Of a DNA stretch of 64,000 nt, positions 1 to 10,020 are shown in pieces. The stretch comes from an uncultured bacterium. Lineage in GTDB: Bacteria; Oederibacteriota; JAAXVQ01; JAUVAV01. A model generated the notes under the pieces. It worked only from the letters and a program-made list of their open reading frames with translations. It did not search any database and had not been told where the DNA came from. Position 1 is the first letter of the stretch. Every line of letters starts with the position of its first letter. Location: assembly GCA_963710755.1 (NCBI GenBank), contig CAVQBK010000003.1, forward strand, positions 960,001 through 1,024,000, in the 5' to 3' direction. A program made the translations under genes and the position numbers.

Positions 1-2478
1 GACCACATTGCCCACAAAGCCTGCCGGGCCATTGGGCTGAACACCACCTTGGAGCGTGTGGCGCCGGCACAATGGGCTTCTGCCTATGCTTATCTCCAAT
101 CTCCGCAACGCATGCAGGCCCGCCTGGGCGCCTATCGGGCAGTTTGGGAGCGTACACTGCGCATAGCCCGGACCTGCCATGGCCGGCCCCAGACCAACCA
201 TCTCCACTTTCCCCATTATCCTTTTGCCAAAGGCTCATCCTCTTTTTATTTTTTGTCCAGGTTATGCTTCCAGGGATTACGGCAACGCCTTCGAACGGTC
301 ACTTCCCAGGCCCTCAGCCAATTGGCTAAGGAGTTAAGCGTTATTGAGGCCAGGCACTATGAAGATTACTTTTTGATTGTGTGGGATATTGTTAAGGAAG
401 CCAAGCGCCGTGGCATCCCGACCGTAGGCCGGGGCTCAGCGGCCAACAGTTTGGTTAGCTACTGCCTGGGGATTACCCATGTCGATCCCCTCAAACACGG
501 CCTGTTTTTCGAACGCTTCTTAAATCCCGAACGGATCGACCCGCCAGATATTGATGTGGACTTTCCCTGGGATCAGCGCGACGAAATGCTCGGTTATGCC
601 TACGAGCGTTTTGGAAAAAAACAAGTGGCCATGCTCTGCAGCATTGTTTACCTCCACGCCCGCTCGGCCATTCGCGAAGCCGGCCGCCTGCTGGGCCTGA
701 CCGAAGAAGAGTGTTCCGGCTTTTGCAAGCGCCTGCCTTATCAGGCCAAGGTTGAGGGATTGGAACAGGTGATCGCCCTTTATCCTGAAGCCAGGACCCT
801 GCCTATTAAAGAAGAACCATGGCGCTCAGTGCTCAAACTGGCGGCTTATCTGGACGGTTTGCCCAGGCATCTTTCGGTCCATCCCGGAGGTATCATCATT
901 CTCGATCAGCCTATCAGTACCATCGTGCCCAAGCAAATGTCGGAAAAAGGCATTGAGGTCACCCAATATGACATGAATGCCGCGGAAGATGCCGGGCTGA
1001 TTAAAATCGATCTGCTGGGCCAGCGGGGGTTGGCCGTAATCCGTGACGTGGCCCGCAGCCAGGGCGTGGACTGGAAAACCGTTGATCCCGAACAGGACGA
1101 GCCCACCAAAGCCCTGATCCGGGAAGGCCAGACCATGGGCTGTTTTTACGTGGAATCGCCGGGCATGCGGCTGCTGCTGAAAAAACTGCGCTGCGACACC
1201 TTTGAATTGCTTACCACCGCATCATCCGCCATCAGGCCGGGTGTGTCGGACAGCGGCATGCGCCAGATGTTTATTGAACGCCATCTCGGTCTGGCGCCCG
1301 TGGTGTATGCCCATCCTGCCTTGGAGCCCCTGCTCAAGGATACCTGCGGGGTCATGATCTTTCAGGAGGATGTGATCAAGGCCGTGCATTTTATCGCCGG
1401 CATGAGTCTGGGTGAAGCGGACAAATTGCGGCGCTGCATCGGATTTAAACAGCATGAGGAGCGCATTACGGATTACAAGCAGCGGTTTATGGAAGGTGCC
1501 CGTGAGCGCCAGGTCAGCCAAGCCGCGGCCGAGGAGATCTGGAGCCAGATTGAATCTTTCGCAGGGTTTGCCTTCTGCAAGGCCCACAGTGCTTCATATG
1601 CCCAGTTGTCTTTTCAGGCTGCTTATTTAAAGGTTCATTATCCGGCGGCCTTCATGGCCGCGGTTTTGAGCAACCAGGGTGGATTCTACGGGCCTTCGGC
1701 TTATGTGGAGGAGTCCCGTAGGATGGGCCTGACCATCAAGGGGCCGGACGTGAACCGCAGCGCATGGTCATATGCTGGTCAAGACAGCACTTTGGTTATG
1801 GGATTGATGGCCGTGGAAGGCCTGGGTTCCGAAGCCGGTCAGACTCTGATTCGTGAACGGGAGGCCAATGGTCCTTACCTGGATTTGCCGGACTTGCTGG
1901 GCCGCACGCATTTGGCGCCTGAAAAAGTGGACAAACTTATTGCCTGCGGGGCCTGCGACAGCCTGGACCACAAACGGGTAGACCTCTATTGGCAGCTGAT
2001 TATTCACCAGTCCCAACGCTTGCCAGGGACATTACCTTTAGCGTTGCAGGAAAAAGAGGTGTTGCCGGACTTGGCGGACATGAAAAGTGTGGAAAAATTT
2101 CAGCAGACTTATCACCAGATGAGGGTGTCCCCAGGCGCCCATCCGCTGGTGCAATACCGGGAGCAATTGGCATTCCTGAAACAGCAGGGCATGATCAATG
2201 CCAATGCCTTGGAGCACCATGTAGGCCGTCTGGTGCTGCTCTGCGGCTGGCTGGTCACGGCCAAAGGGTGCGATGTGCGCAAGACCGGGCAGCGCATGAA
2301 ATTTCTGACGCTCGAGGATTTTACCGCTATTTATGAGGTCACCCTTTTTCCTGATGTTTATAATCGTGACGGCCACAAGCTAAGCGGCAGAGGTCCCTAC
2401 CTGATAGAAGGCGTGGTTGATAATGATCACGGCGGGCTTACGGTTACAGCCCGGCGGCTGGGACGGTTAGGGCTTTAG
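1..2478 (+). CDS. DNA polymerase III alpha subunit, DnaE2-like (probably error-prone); 5' end lies outside the window
   Basis: Frame is open from base 1 (DHIAHKACRAIG...). C-family motifs GRGSAANS, PPDIDVDF, HPGG, KIDLLG and FCKAHSASYA are present. It ends just after the OB fold (FLTLEDFT) with no tau-binding tail. Confidence 0.85.
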   Translation, partial: DHIAHKACRAIGLNTTLERVAPAQWASAYAYLQSPQRMQARLGAYRAVWERTLRIARTCHGRPQTNHLHFPHYPFAKGSSSFYFLSRLCFQGLRQRLRTVTSQALSQLAKELSVIEARHYEDYFLIVWDIVKEAKRRGIPTVGRGSAANSLVSYCLGITHVDPLKHGLFFERFLNPERIDPPDIDVDFPWDQRDEMLGYAYERFGKKQVAMLCSIVYLHARSAIREAGRLLGLTEEECSGFCKRLPYQAKVEGLEQVIALYPEARTLPIKEEPWRSVLKLAAYLDGLPRHLSVHPGGIIILDQPISTIVPKQMSEKGIEVTQYDMNAAEDAGLIKIDLLGQRGLAVIRDVARSQGVDWKTVDPEQDEPTKALIREGQTMGCFYVESPGMRLLLKKLRCDTFELLTTASSAIRPGVSDSGMRQMFIERHLGLAPVVYAHPALEPLLKDTCGVMIFQEDVIKAVHFIAGMSLGEADKLRRCIGFKQHEERITDYKQRFMEGARERQVSQAAAEEIWSQIESFAGFAFCKAHSASYAQLSFQAAYLKVHYPAAFMAAVLSNQGGFYGPSAYVEESRRMGLTIKGPDVNRSAWSYAGQDSTLVMGLMAVEGLGSEAGQTLIREREANGPYLDLPDLLGRTHLAPEKVDKLIACGACDSLDHKRVDLYWQLIIHQSQRLPGTLPLALQEKEVLPDLADMKSVEKFQQTYHQMRVSPGAHPLVQYREQLAFLKQQGMINANALEHHVGRLVLLCGWLVTAKGCDVRKTGQRMKFLTLEDFTAIYEVTLFPDVYNRDGHKLSGRGPYLIEGVVDNDHGGLTVTARRLGRLGL

Positions 2479-2756
2479 CACGGTAAAACCGAAAAAGCGC
2501 TCTCTCGCTAAATCGCCAAGCATGCAAAGGAAAGATAAATCATTTTTAAGATTAAAATCTATCATGAGCCTGTATTTTTTCTTCTTTGGCGGCTTGGTGC
2601 GCGTTGAATGGATAATCATTTTTCCTAAGGGTCACAATTTGGAGCCCTTACCAATGAATTAATAGACGTAACATGCCTAAGTATAAAGAGATAACCCATA
2701 AATACCGTTTATTCCAAAAGGGATGACGGGATTTTTGCAAGGAATTTAAACAGCAC

Positions 2757-2785
2757 TTGCACTGTATGGCTGCATGTACTAATAT
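2757..2785 (+). promoter_or_regulatory. candidate sigma70 promoter
   Basis: TTGCAC-N17-TAATAT upstream of a GGAGG RBS and the ATG at 2822. Confidence 0.45.
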
Positions 2786-2821
2786 AAGCGGTGTTTAAAT
2801 GTGCGTGGAGGATGGAATTCT

Positions 2822-5800
2822 ATGGAAGAGCAACTTCAACAGCTGCGCGACTACCTGGCTCAAGAACAGGTGACACCTCCTGAGGTGAAGGAGGCCATGC
2901 TGGCAGCCTATGTAATCATCAGCCGGTTAAACCAGGAAAAAGGTAATCCTGAAGTAGGACTAACCCAGCAGATCTCAGGGCTGATCGGTCATATTAACGG
3001 GTTCATGGGGGCTGTTTTTTGGGAAAGAGGTTATGATTTTGATCATCCCACGGTAGCGCAATTAAAGGAAATTAAGATGATGCTTGATGGCATGGCCAAG
3101 ATTTACGCCTTGCCGGAGCATTTTCAGGAAGCCCTCAATGATTTGGTCAAAGCCATTGTGGATAAAGGCGATGGACGGGCCTTTGCTATTTCCGCGGAAA
3201 CAGAAGCCCTGCTTGGCCAAGTCCTCGTGCCTACCATAGAGGCAACAGCAGAGGAAACAGCGCCAGCGGAGACTGCAGATTTGTCCGGGGAAATTGAAAC
3301 TGCGCCGTCCACCAGCGCACAAGCACCCCTGACGGAAGAAGTAAGCTTGGAAGATTTTGACCGTATCTTTGGCGAGACCCAGGACAGCACCATAGAAGAA
3401 CAGCCGGCTTACGACAGCAACCAGGACATGGTTTCAATGGCGGCAGCAGAAACGACGCCGGAAAGCCCTGCTGTCGGGGAGCGCCCCCAGGAACCGTCGC
3501 TTCCGGATATAAACAACGGGTCCGTTTTTGGAGATGAATTGCCTACCGCCACGGAATCGGATTCTCCCATGACCGGGATGGACACAGAAATCCCAACGGA
3601 AAATTCTGTTGTCCAGGAAGACTTTACGGAACCATTGGCAACAGACATAGACAGTGAGCCTGTAGTTGCTGATGAATTGCAACAAGCTGAGCCGCAACCC
3701 CCAACGTCTACGGAACCGCCTTCTGCTTGGGAAGAAAACAATGAACCTCCAACTGCGCAGACAGGTAGTCCGGAAATCATTCCGCCAACTGATGACACCA
3801 CTCTTGGAAGTGCAGACACTGATGAGACAAGTGGCAATGTTTCCGAAAGTTTAGGCCTGGACGAATCCGTGGTTGAAACCAATATTATTGATTTTGAAGT
3901 ACCTGCTCCGGACGACGAGGAGGAGATTACGGAACAACCAGAGAATACGATTGAGGTGGTGCACCCGTTGGAACGGATCAGCAAACCCAAAGCCCGTAAA
4001 AAGACGACCACCAAAACCAAGAAGACCGCCGCCAAGAAAGCCAAAAGTGAAGCTGTGCAGGCACCCAAAAAGAGGGGGCGAAAGAAGAAAGAACTAACCC
4101 CGGAAGAAGAAGCGGAAAAGAAAAAAAGACGGCGGGGACGAAAGAAGACCAAGCTTAAAATTGATTTGGCCGCTATCGAAGTGCCTGAGGATTTTATGAG
4201 TGAAGAAGAGGAAGAGCCCAGAGCTATTCCTGACCCCGCCATACCCCGCATCGATGTATCGGCAGCACCTTTTGATGATCAGAGTCAGGCAAATCCAGCA
4301 CCGGAAGCGATGGCCGGAACCGAGGGTTCGGAAATACCGGCAGAGGACAGCACGGCTCCTTCCCAACGCCAGATCAATCCCCAAGCACGTCCCTTGCCTC
4401 AGGACCAGGATTTGGACAGCTTGATGAACTCCGTTGATCAGCCGCTGCCCTCAGAGGCAGTCCGGGTAAGTGATGGCACCAGCCTCGATGAAATTGCCCA
4501 AGCTTTTGAAGAACCTGTGCCCACCTTTGAGGATGAAGCTCCGGCGGAACCTTGGAGCATGGCGGCGGCTGAAGATCAGGTCACTGTTGAGGACTTGCCT
4601 CCGGCCCCGGTCGCACCTATTGCAGAAGACCAGCAGACAGAACCAACCTGGACGGAAGCAGAAGTCTCTGAGCCAACCGCGGACAGGAATACGGAGTCCG
4701 CTTTACCAGGGGAAGAGTTCATTGAACCAGAGTTGTCACCAATAGTACCTGGACAGGCTCAATCTGGTTGGGAGGCCTCCGATCAGGAAGATGATATCAG
4801 CCATCAGCGCGGTGATGACTTCAGTGCTTTTGATGATCTGCCTTTGGCCCCGGAAGCGCCGGCCAGGGAAGAAGTGGACCGAGCGTTTGATGAAGTCACT
4901 ACGCCTACCCCTGCCGAAGAGGAAATTCCGCAGACAACGGCTTTTGAGCAGTCCTGGGAAGAATCGCTGCAAATGGAACCGCCGGTGCCAAGCAGTGAGA
5001 AGACGCAGGACGCACCCGCGCAGGACGAACCCGGTGCTTTTGATATGCTGGGAGTCATTGAAGAAAGCGAGCAAATCTCTGACGGAGAGGGCGCTCAACC
5101 TCCGGTCGAGCTGACTGACGACGATCAGCAGACCAGGCCGGAAGCCTCGGCTTTGCCGGAAGACGCCAACAAGGCTGTCGCAAATACGGACCTGCAGGTG
5201 GAAGATGAAGGCGGTTTGGAAGATCAGGACAATACGTTTTCCCTGGAAGCCTTGACCTCTCAAGAGGAAAAACGCCTTCAGCAGGAAGTGGTTTCCGACC
5301 CCTCCATTTTCGACGAACTGGCCAAGGAAGAATCTTCCAAGGATATTGGGCTGGACTATGATCTGGGAGTGCCCGCTATTCCTGGAAGTGGAAATCAGCA
5401 ACCCGCAAATCAAGCTGCTTTCCACGCCAAAGCCGGTAACAACCTCGTGGAGGACCAGGACCAGCAGGCGGAAAATGAGGAAACGCGCCAACGTCTGGAA
5501 AGCAATGAAGAACATCACGATGATCCCTTCAACCAAGGCTGGGCCAAACCGGAAAACACGCCCGCCTATTCCCAGGGCGTGGACCTGTCTGAGAAACCGG
5601 CGCCACCACGGCGGCCACCTTCGGCCTGGGCGGCAATGATGATCCTGTTGTTGGGGGTGGTACTCGGCGCTGGCGGTGCCTATTATTGGTTTGGCATTGA
5701 AAAAGTCAAACAATCGGAACTGGAAATTAAAAATCTGGTAAGTCAGGTTAAGACTGTAACCGAGGAAAGCCTGGCCTCTAAGAAGGAAATTGAACGGCTG

Positions 5801-6124
5801 GAAAAAACCATTGCCACAGTGGGCAAGAAAAAAGCAGCACTTTATACGGGGGCACCTTTGAAACCGAACTATTATGGAACCGATCAAGGGATGGTGCTTT
5901 ACTGGCTGGATAAAGGACCACTGCGGTCTTATTATGTGTATCGTGCCAAAGGAACGCGGGGTACTCTGAAAAAAGTCCTGGCCAAACCGTTGCCTAAAAA
6001 TGTACTGCGTTTTCGCAGGATCAGTCAGGGGACTTGGCGTTTTGCCGTCAGCGCGGTTAATGAAAACGGGCAGGAATCCCCCATGAGTCCCGTGCTTACC
6101 TTACGCTTTCCCCTAAAGGATTAA
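2822..6124 (+). CDS. large acidic, mostly disordered membrane-anchored protein with a C-terminal TM helix, coiled coil and FN3-like domain
   Basis: ATG at 2822 follows GGAGG. The body is E/D/P/A-rich low complexity with a central K/R patch. TM segment AWAAMMILLLGVVLGAGGAYYWFG; FN3-like tail (LYW...YYVYRA...FAVSAVNENGQES). Confidence 0.7.
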   Translation: MEEQLQQLRDYLAQEQVTPPEVKEAMLAAYVIISRLNQEKGNPEVGLTQQISGLIGHINGFMGAVFWERGYDFDHPTVAQLKEIKMMLDGMAKIYALPEHFQEALNDLVKAIVDKGDGRAFAISAETEALLGQVLVPTIEATAEETAPAETADLSGEIETAPSTSAQAPLTEEVSLEDFDRIFGETQDSTIEEQPAYDSNQDMVSMAAAETTPESPAVGERPQEPSLPDINNGSVFGDELPTATESDSPMTGMDTEIPTENSVVQEDFTEPLATDIDSEPVVADELQQAEPQPPTSTEPPSAWEENNEPPTAQTGSPEIIPPTDDTTLGSADTDETSGNVSESLGLDESVVETNIIDFEVPAPDDEEEITEQPENTIEVVHPLERISKPKARKKTTTKTKKTAAKKAKSEAVQAPKKRGRKKKELTPEEEAEKKKRRRGRKKTKLKIDLAAIEVPEDFMSEEEEEPRAIPDPAIPRIDVSAAPFDDQSQANPAPEAMAGTEGSEIPAEDSTAPSQRQINPQARPLPQDQDLDSLMNSVDQPLPSEAVRVSDGTSLDEIAQAFEEPVPTFEDEAPAEPWSMAAAEDQVTVEDLPPAPVAPIAEDQQTEPTWTEAEVSEPTADRNTESALPGEEFIEPELSPIVPGQAQSGWEASDQEDDISHQRGDDFSAFDDLPLAPEAPAREEVDRAFDEVTTPTPAEEEIPQTTAFEQSWEESLQMEPPVPSSEKTQDAPAQDEPGAFDMLGVIEESEQISDGEGAQPPVELTDDDQQTRPEASALPEDANKAVANTDLQVEDEGGLEDQDNTFSLEALTSQEEKRLQQEVVSDPSIFDELAKEESSKDIGLDYDLGVPAIPGSGNQQPANQAAFHAKAGNNLVEDQDQQAENEETRQRLESNEEHHDDPFNQGWAKPENTPAYSQGVDLSEKPAPPRRPPSAWAAMMILLLGVVLGAGGAYYWFGIEKVKQSELEIKNLVSQVKTVTEESLASKKEIERLEKTIATVGKKKAALYTGAPLKPNYYGTDQGMVLYWLDKGPLRSYYVYRAKGTRGTLKKVLAKPLPKNVLRFRRISQGTWRFAVSAVNENGQESPMSPVLTLRFPLKD

Positions 6125-6195
6125 AATATCCGCGAGAACAGGAGGGGTCGTCAGTTTCTTTTTTTAGGAATAGGGCTTGGTGGTGTCAGCTCTGC

Positions 6196-7374
6196 CTAAA
6201 ATTCAAATTGCAGTTGAGTGATGAATAGATCGGCGCCGGTAAATTGGTGTGGTTTGAAATCTTTGTACAGCGCCAGATAATTGCCCTGCAAACGCCAAGC
6301 ACTGCTCAACTTCCAGATTAAGCCCAAGGTCAGGGCCTGATAACGGGTGCCTGGAGCATGGGCACCATCACTAAAAAAAGCCACACTCTCCTCCCATTTG
6401 CCGGTCAGGCTGATGGCCGGTTCGTGAAATAAATCCCATTGACTTAAAATATAGTAGCCTTGCGCCCAGTGACCATCGAGGTTTTTGGCCAGCCATTCAC
6501 CGCGTACGGTTACAGCATCAATTTGAAAAAGCATGTCCGGGCCAAGCACGGCAACAGGGCCTGCTTGATCAAGCAACGTGGCGGGAATGAAAAGGGACGA
6601 AAGCGCTTGCCCGCTTTTTTGGCTGCCAATGGGGAGGTAAGCTTCATGATGTTGTTCCCATGCGGACCATCCCCAGGACGCAGAGAACCCGAGTGCCCAT
6701 TGCCCGTGCCCATTCTGGTTCTGCCACTGTCGGCTAACCCCCGCCCGGCCGGTGAGCTGGCTGGGCCAATCAGGCCGAGCCAAAGCGCCGTTACTGGTCA
6801 CCAAGCCCAGTTGAGCGTGCGCCTGCCATCCTGGCCAAGGGCCGGGATAATGAGCATTCAGACGGATGCCATAGGCATACTGATCCATGAACTTAAAGCC
6901 CAGATCGGATACCCAGCCGAAATTACCAAACCCATAGATCAAGGCTCTTTCTACTGTTGGCAAAAGCCGGGAAGAGAGCTGATTTTCCAGCCCGAAGGGC
7001 ACGGTGATGAGGCCTGCCTGACTGGTTATAAGTGGTGTTGGGGTCCAGCTGACGTAAGCGGATTCGATCACACCTTTGCTGCCGGTAATGACGGCTTTGG
7101 CGCGGACATGCCAGGTGTGGCCGGCCAGAGGGGTCCCCAGCGAAATTTCCAAACGGTTAAGATATACTGCAGTTTCTGATTCGCCGCCGGCTTGGCTGGG
7201 ATCGGGCAGGGTGTTGAGGGGGCCATGTAATTTCTCCGTATTGATGAGAAATGCGGTCAGGCGGCCTTGACCATAGCCGCTGAACGTATAATCCAATAAA
7301 GGCCGTTCGGCGGCCAGACTCAGGCCGGTTAAGCTCAGCAGTAATAGTGCCAGGAACCACCTCAATAGCGCCAT
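6196..7374 (-). CDS. outer-membrane porin, OprO/OprP-like
   Basis: Signal peptide, porin-like motif GLITVPFGLEN, amphipathic strands and C-terminal aromatic beta-signal QFEF. Confidence 0.6.
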   Translation of the reverse strand: MALLRWFLALLLLSLTGLSLAAERPLLDYTFSGYGQGRLTAFLINTEKLHGPLNTLPDPSQAGGESETAVYLNRLEISLGTPLAGHTWHVRAKAVITGSKGVIESAYVSWTPTPLITSQAGLITVPFGLENQLSSRLLPTVERALIYGFGNFGWVSDLGFKFMDQYAYGIRLNAHYPGPWPGWQAHAQLGLVTSNGALARPDWPSQLTGRAGVSRQWQNQNGHGQWALGFSASWGWSAWEQHHEAYLPIGSQKSGQALSSLFIPATLLDQAGPVAVLGPDMLFQIDAVTVRGEWLAKNLDGHWAQGYYILSQWDLFHEPAISLTGKWEESVAFFSDGAHAPGTRYQALTLGLIWKLSSAWRLQGNYLALYKDFKPHQFTGADLFITQLQFEF

Positions 7375-8162
7375 GTCACTACCACCTTGCCACCGTCTGG
7401 ATCGGGTACCAGGGAAAAACGAACACCCGGTGTTGCCGAGGGTTGTTGCTGTTGATGATAAGCCAGGACCGCATAGCCAATAAGCAGGCCCATGCCGGCG
7501 CCGGCCACCACATCAGCCGGCCAATGCCGTTGGCTGTACATGCGCGCATAACCTACCAGGCCTGCCAAGGGATAGGTGAGCCATTCACAGTGATAGGCAT
7601 CACCGAGAATCACGGCTGCGCAAAAGGCGGTCATGGTATGGCCGGAAGGAAAGCTGTTGTCACTGAATTTGAATGTAAACCATTGCCGTTGGTAGCGGCC
7701 TATGGACGGCCGGGCGGAAGAGGAAATGGTCTTCAGTAAGACCGAGAAAAGCGCCACATTAATCTGGCCCTCCAGGGCCATGGCCGCCACCTGTTGATCA
7801 TAGGCGCTTCCAAATTTATATAAGGCAGCGTATCCGGCTACATGGACCAGGCCGTCGCCCAGCAGGTTGAAGGGCGGAATGGCCTTGTCCAGCCAGTCGT
7901 TGCGGCGGTCTTGGATGGCATAAAACCAATCCACATCGTGTTGCATTGCCCAGGCGGTGGCGCCAATAATGCCTAAGGCAGCACCGTACCCGGCCAGCGA
8001 CCCATGGGCCGGGGAAGTGACAATGTCGCAGGCCTCGCCGGCTGCATTGGCCCAAAGTGAGGGCAAGTCCTGGTCCTGGCCGAAACAAGGAAGGGCCAGG
8101 CCGGCAAGACAGATAAAAGTAAGGGCAAAGCGCAAGCAGTGGCTCATGGGGGTCCTGTTCAT
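7362..8162 (-). CDS. PAP2-family phosphatase
   Basis: Motifs K..RP, SFPSGH and ARMYSQRHWPADV; N-terminal signal-like segment. Confidence 0.85.
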   Translation of the reverse strand: MNRTPMSHCLRFALTFICLAGLALPCFGQDQDLPSLWANAAGEACDIVTSPAHGSLAGYGAALGIIGATAWAMQHDVDWFYAIQDRRNDWLDKAIPPFNLLGDGLVHVAGYAALYKFGSAYDQQVAAMALEGQINVALFSVLLKTISSSARPSIGRYQRQWFTFKFSDNSFPSGHTMTAFCAAVILGDAYHCEWLTYPLAGLVGYARMYSQRHWPADVVAGAGMGLLIGYAVLAYHQQQQPSATPGVRFSLVPDPDGGKVVVTWRY

Positions 8163-8427
8163 TCAAGTGCACTGGGGAGGCCGCGGGCATTTATCCTCAT
8201 TGCTGCTGAAGTTGAAAAATGCTATGCTGACCATAATGGCTTCCAAGGAGGTTGAGCAATTAGTTGTTCAGCCTCCCGAGCAATCGAGCAGCGACTATTG
8301 AAAATTAATCCATGCGTTCAAATGCGGGCGATTCTCGATTTTCAATTTTTGACTAAATGTTCAGGCTCTTAGATTACTTGAGTGCTTCAAGGTTGTCAAT
8401 TTTTTGTATACCTGGGAAAACAGAACT

Positions 8428-9189
8428 ATGAAAATTACATTTTTAGGAACAGGCACAAGCCACGGCATTCCGGTTATCGGCTGTCCATGTTCCGTATGCC
8501 AATCCCGTGATGCCAGGGACAGACGGACCCGCGCTTCCTTGTTGGTGGAAGTGGGCCATAAGACCTTACTGGTGGATGCAGGCCCGGAGCTAAGACTGCA
8601 GCTGGTAAGGGAGAGGGTTAATAGGATCGATGCCATGCTGCTGACCCATGATCATGCCGATCATGTGGCTGGTATTGATGACTTGAGAATCTTTTCGGAG
8701 CGCACCCAAAAGCCTTTTCCTATTTATGGGCCTAAGACGGCCTTGCAATCCCTGCGGCGCCGCTTTGATTATGTGTTTCGAAGGACTCAGGCAGGCGGGG
8801 GAAAACCCAAACTCCGATTGATCCCGGTGCGAGAAGCTTTTTTTGTAGAAGGGATACAGGTCATTCCTGTACCGCTCTGGCACGGACGGGTAAGGGTGAT
8901 GGGGTATCGCATCGGGGGGATGGTTTATTTGACCGATGTTTCCGCTATTCCCGAGGCCTCCTATGAACTCCTTGAGCATTGCCGGGTGTTGATCTTAGAT
9001 GCCTTGCGCTACGAACCTCATCCCACCCATTTTAATCTGGACCAAGCCCTGGCCGAAGCCGGCAAAATCAAGGCAATCCAAACCTACTTTACCCATCTCT
9101 GTCATCTGCTGCCCCATCGCCAAACCAACCGTCACCTTCCACCGGGAATGCAACTAGCGTACGATGGACTTAAAATAACATTAAGGTAA
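8428..9189 (+). CDS. MBL-fold metallo-hydrolase, PhnP-like phosphodiesterase
   Basis: MKITFLGTGTS.G.P.IGC.C..C, THDHADH, YLTD and THLCH motifs. Confidence 0.88.
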   Translation: MKITFLGTGTSHGIPVIGCPCSVCQSRDARDRRTRASLLVEVGHKTLLVDAGPELRLQLVRERVNRIDAMLLTHDHADHVAGIDDLRIFSERTQKPFPIYGPKTALQSLRRRFDYVFRRTQAGGGKPKLRLIPVREAFFVEGIQVIPVPLWHGRVRVMGYRIGGMVYLTDVSAIPEASYELLEHCRVLILDALRYEPHPTHFNLDQALAEAGKIKAIQTYFTHLCHLLPHRQTNRHLPPGMQLAYDGLKITLR

Positions 9190-9230
9190 CGGCACCACCG
9201 TTTACCTGCTTGGCGGCGGGTGTAATCAGG

Positions 9231-9259
9231 TTGACGTCCTCAGAGACGAGGCCTATAAT
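9231..9259 (+). promoter_or_regulatory. sigma70 promoter
   Basis: TTGACG-N17-TATAAT. Confidence 0.7.
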
Positions 9260-9288
9260 ACGATCATCGCGTAAAGGAGTTGGAAAAT

Positions 9289-9900
9289 ATGCCTTTTTTA
9301 AAAAGGTTCTTCATTTTATTGATCTTTGTGGCGGTGGGCTGCGCACCCCGAGTGCTGGTCCAGCCGGCGGTGGATCTGGAAAGATACAACCGCATCGCTG
9401 TTCTGCCGTTTGAATCGGACAGTTTTCTTTCCACGGTTGGCCATCAACTGGCCGATGAAGTGGTCGTGCAATTATTGAGAAAAGTCCCTACCTTGGATAT
9501 TGTGGAACGTACCCGTATTGATGCCTTGCTACAGGAACAGAATCTGGCCAACCGCGGTTACCTTAGTCCGGAATCAGCCATTGCCGTTGGCAAGATGCTG
9601 GGTGTAAAAGCCATTTTGACCGGCAGCATCTCCCTGTCCGTAGGAGATGTCCGTACCACCCGGGAAAACGAGCAACGGGTGGCCAGTGGCGTGGCCACGG
9701 TACGGTTTATTGATGTGGAAACCGGCAAGGTACTCTGGGCGAGAAGGGAAAAAAGTGATTATACCTTGTTTAAGTCTTTTGGTGACCGTGGCGAGAGTTA
9801 TGCCGTTAAAACCGATCATGAAATGATCCAGGAAATCATCGACGATTTAGCCAAAGAAGTGATCAAACCCTTTTATCCCCACTATGAATATCAATATTAA
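9289..9900 (+). CDS. CsgG/HfaB-family lipoprotein
   Basis: AAAGGAG RBS; lipobox AVGC; motifs IAVLPF, VERTRIDALLQEQ and VRFIDVETGKVLW. Confidence 0.75.
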   Translation: MPFLKRFFILLIFVAVGCAPRVLVQPAVDLERYNRIAVLPFESDSFLSTVGHQLADEVVVQLLRKVPTLDIVERTRIDALLQEQNLANRGYLSPESAIAVGKMLGVKAILTGSISLSVGDVRTTRENEQRVASGVATVRFIDVETGKVLWARREKSDYTLFKSFGDRGESYAVKTDHEMIQEIIDDLAKEVIKPFYPHYEYQY

Positions 9901-10020
9901 AATACCCCCATTGCATTGCAGGGTATTTTAATACGAAAGGAAGCAGAGCATTATTTTTATTGTCGCTTCCTCCCCGCATGGATACGGGGAAGAGGCGAGG
10001 ATGCATTAAGAGAGAGAACC

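Noticed and set aside
2761-2778. LexA box (CTGTATGGCTGCATGT)
   Set aside because: The right half-site does not match ACAG, the LexA motif of this lineage is unknown, and it lies downstream of the polymerase gene.
4736-5887. 383-aa minus-strand ORF and similar long antisense ORFs (3409-4251, 14202-14990, 6460-7179 on +)
   Set aside because: They lie opposite well-supported genes and have no motifs; codon-bias shadows.
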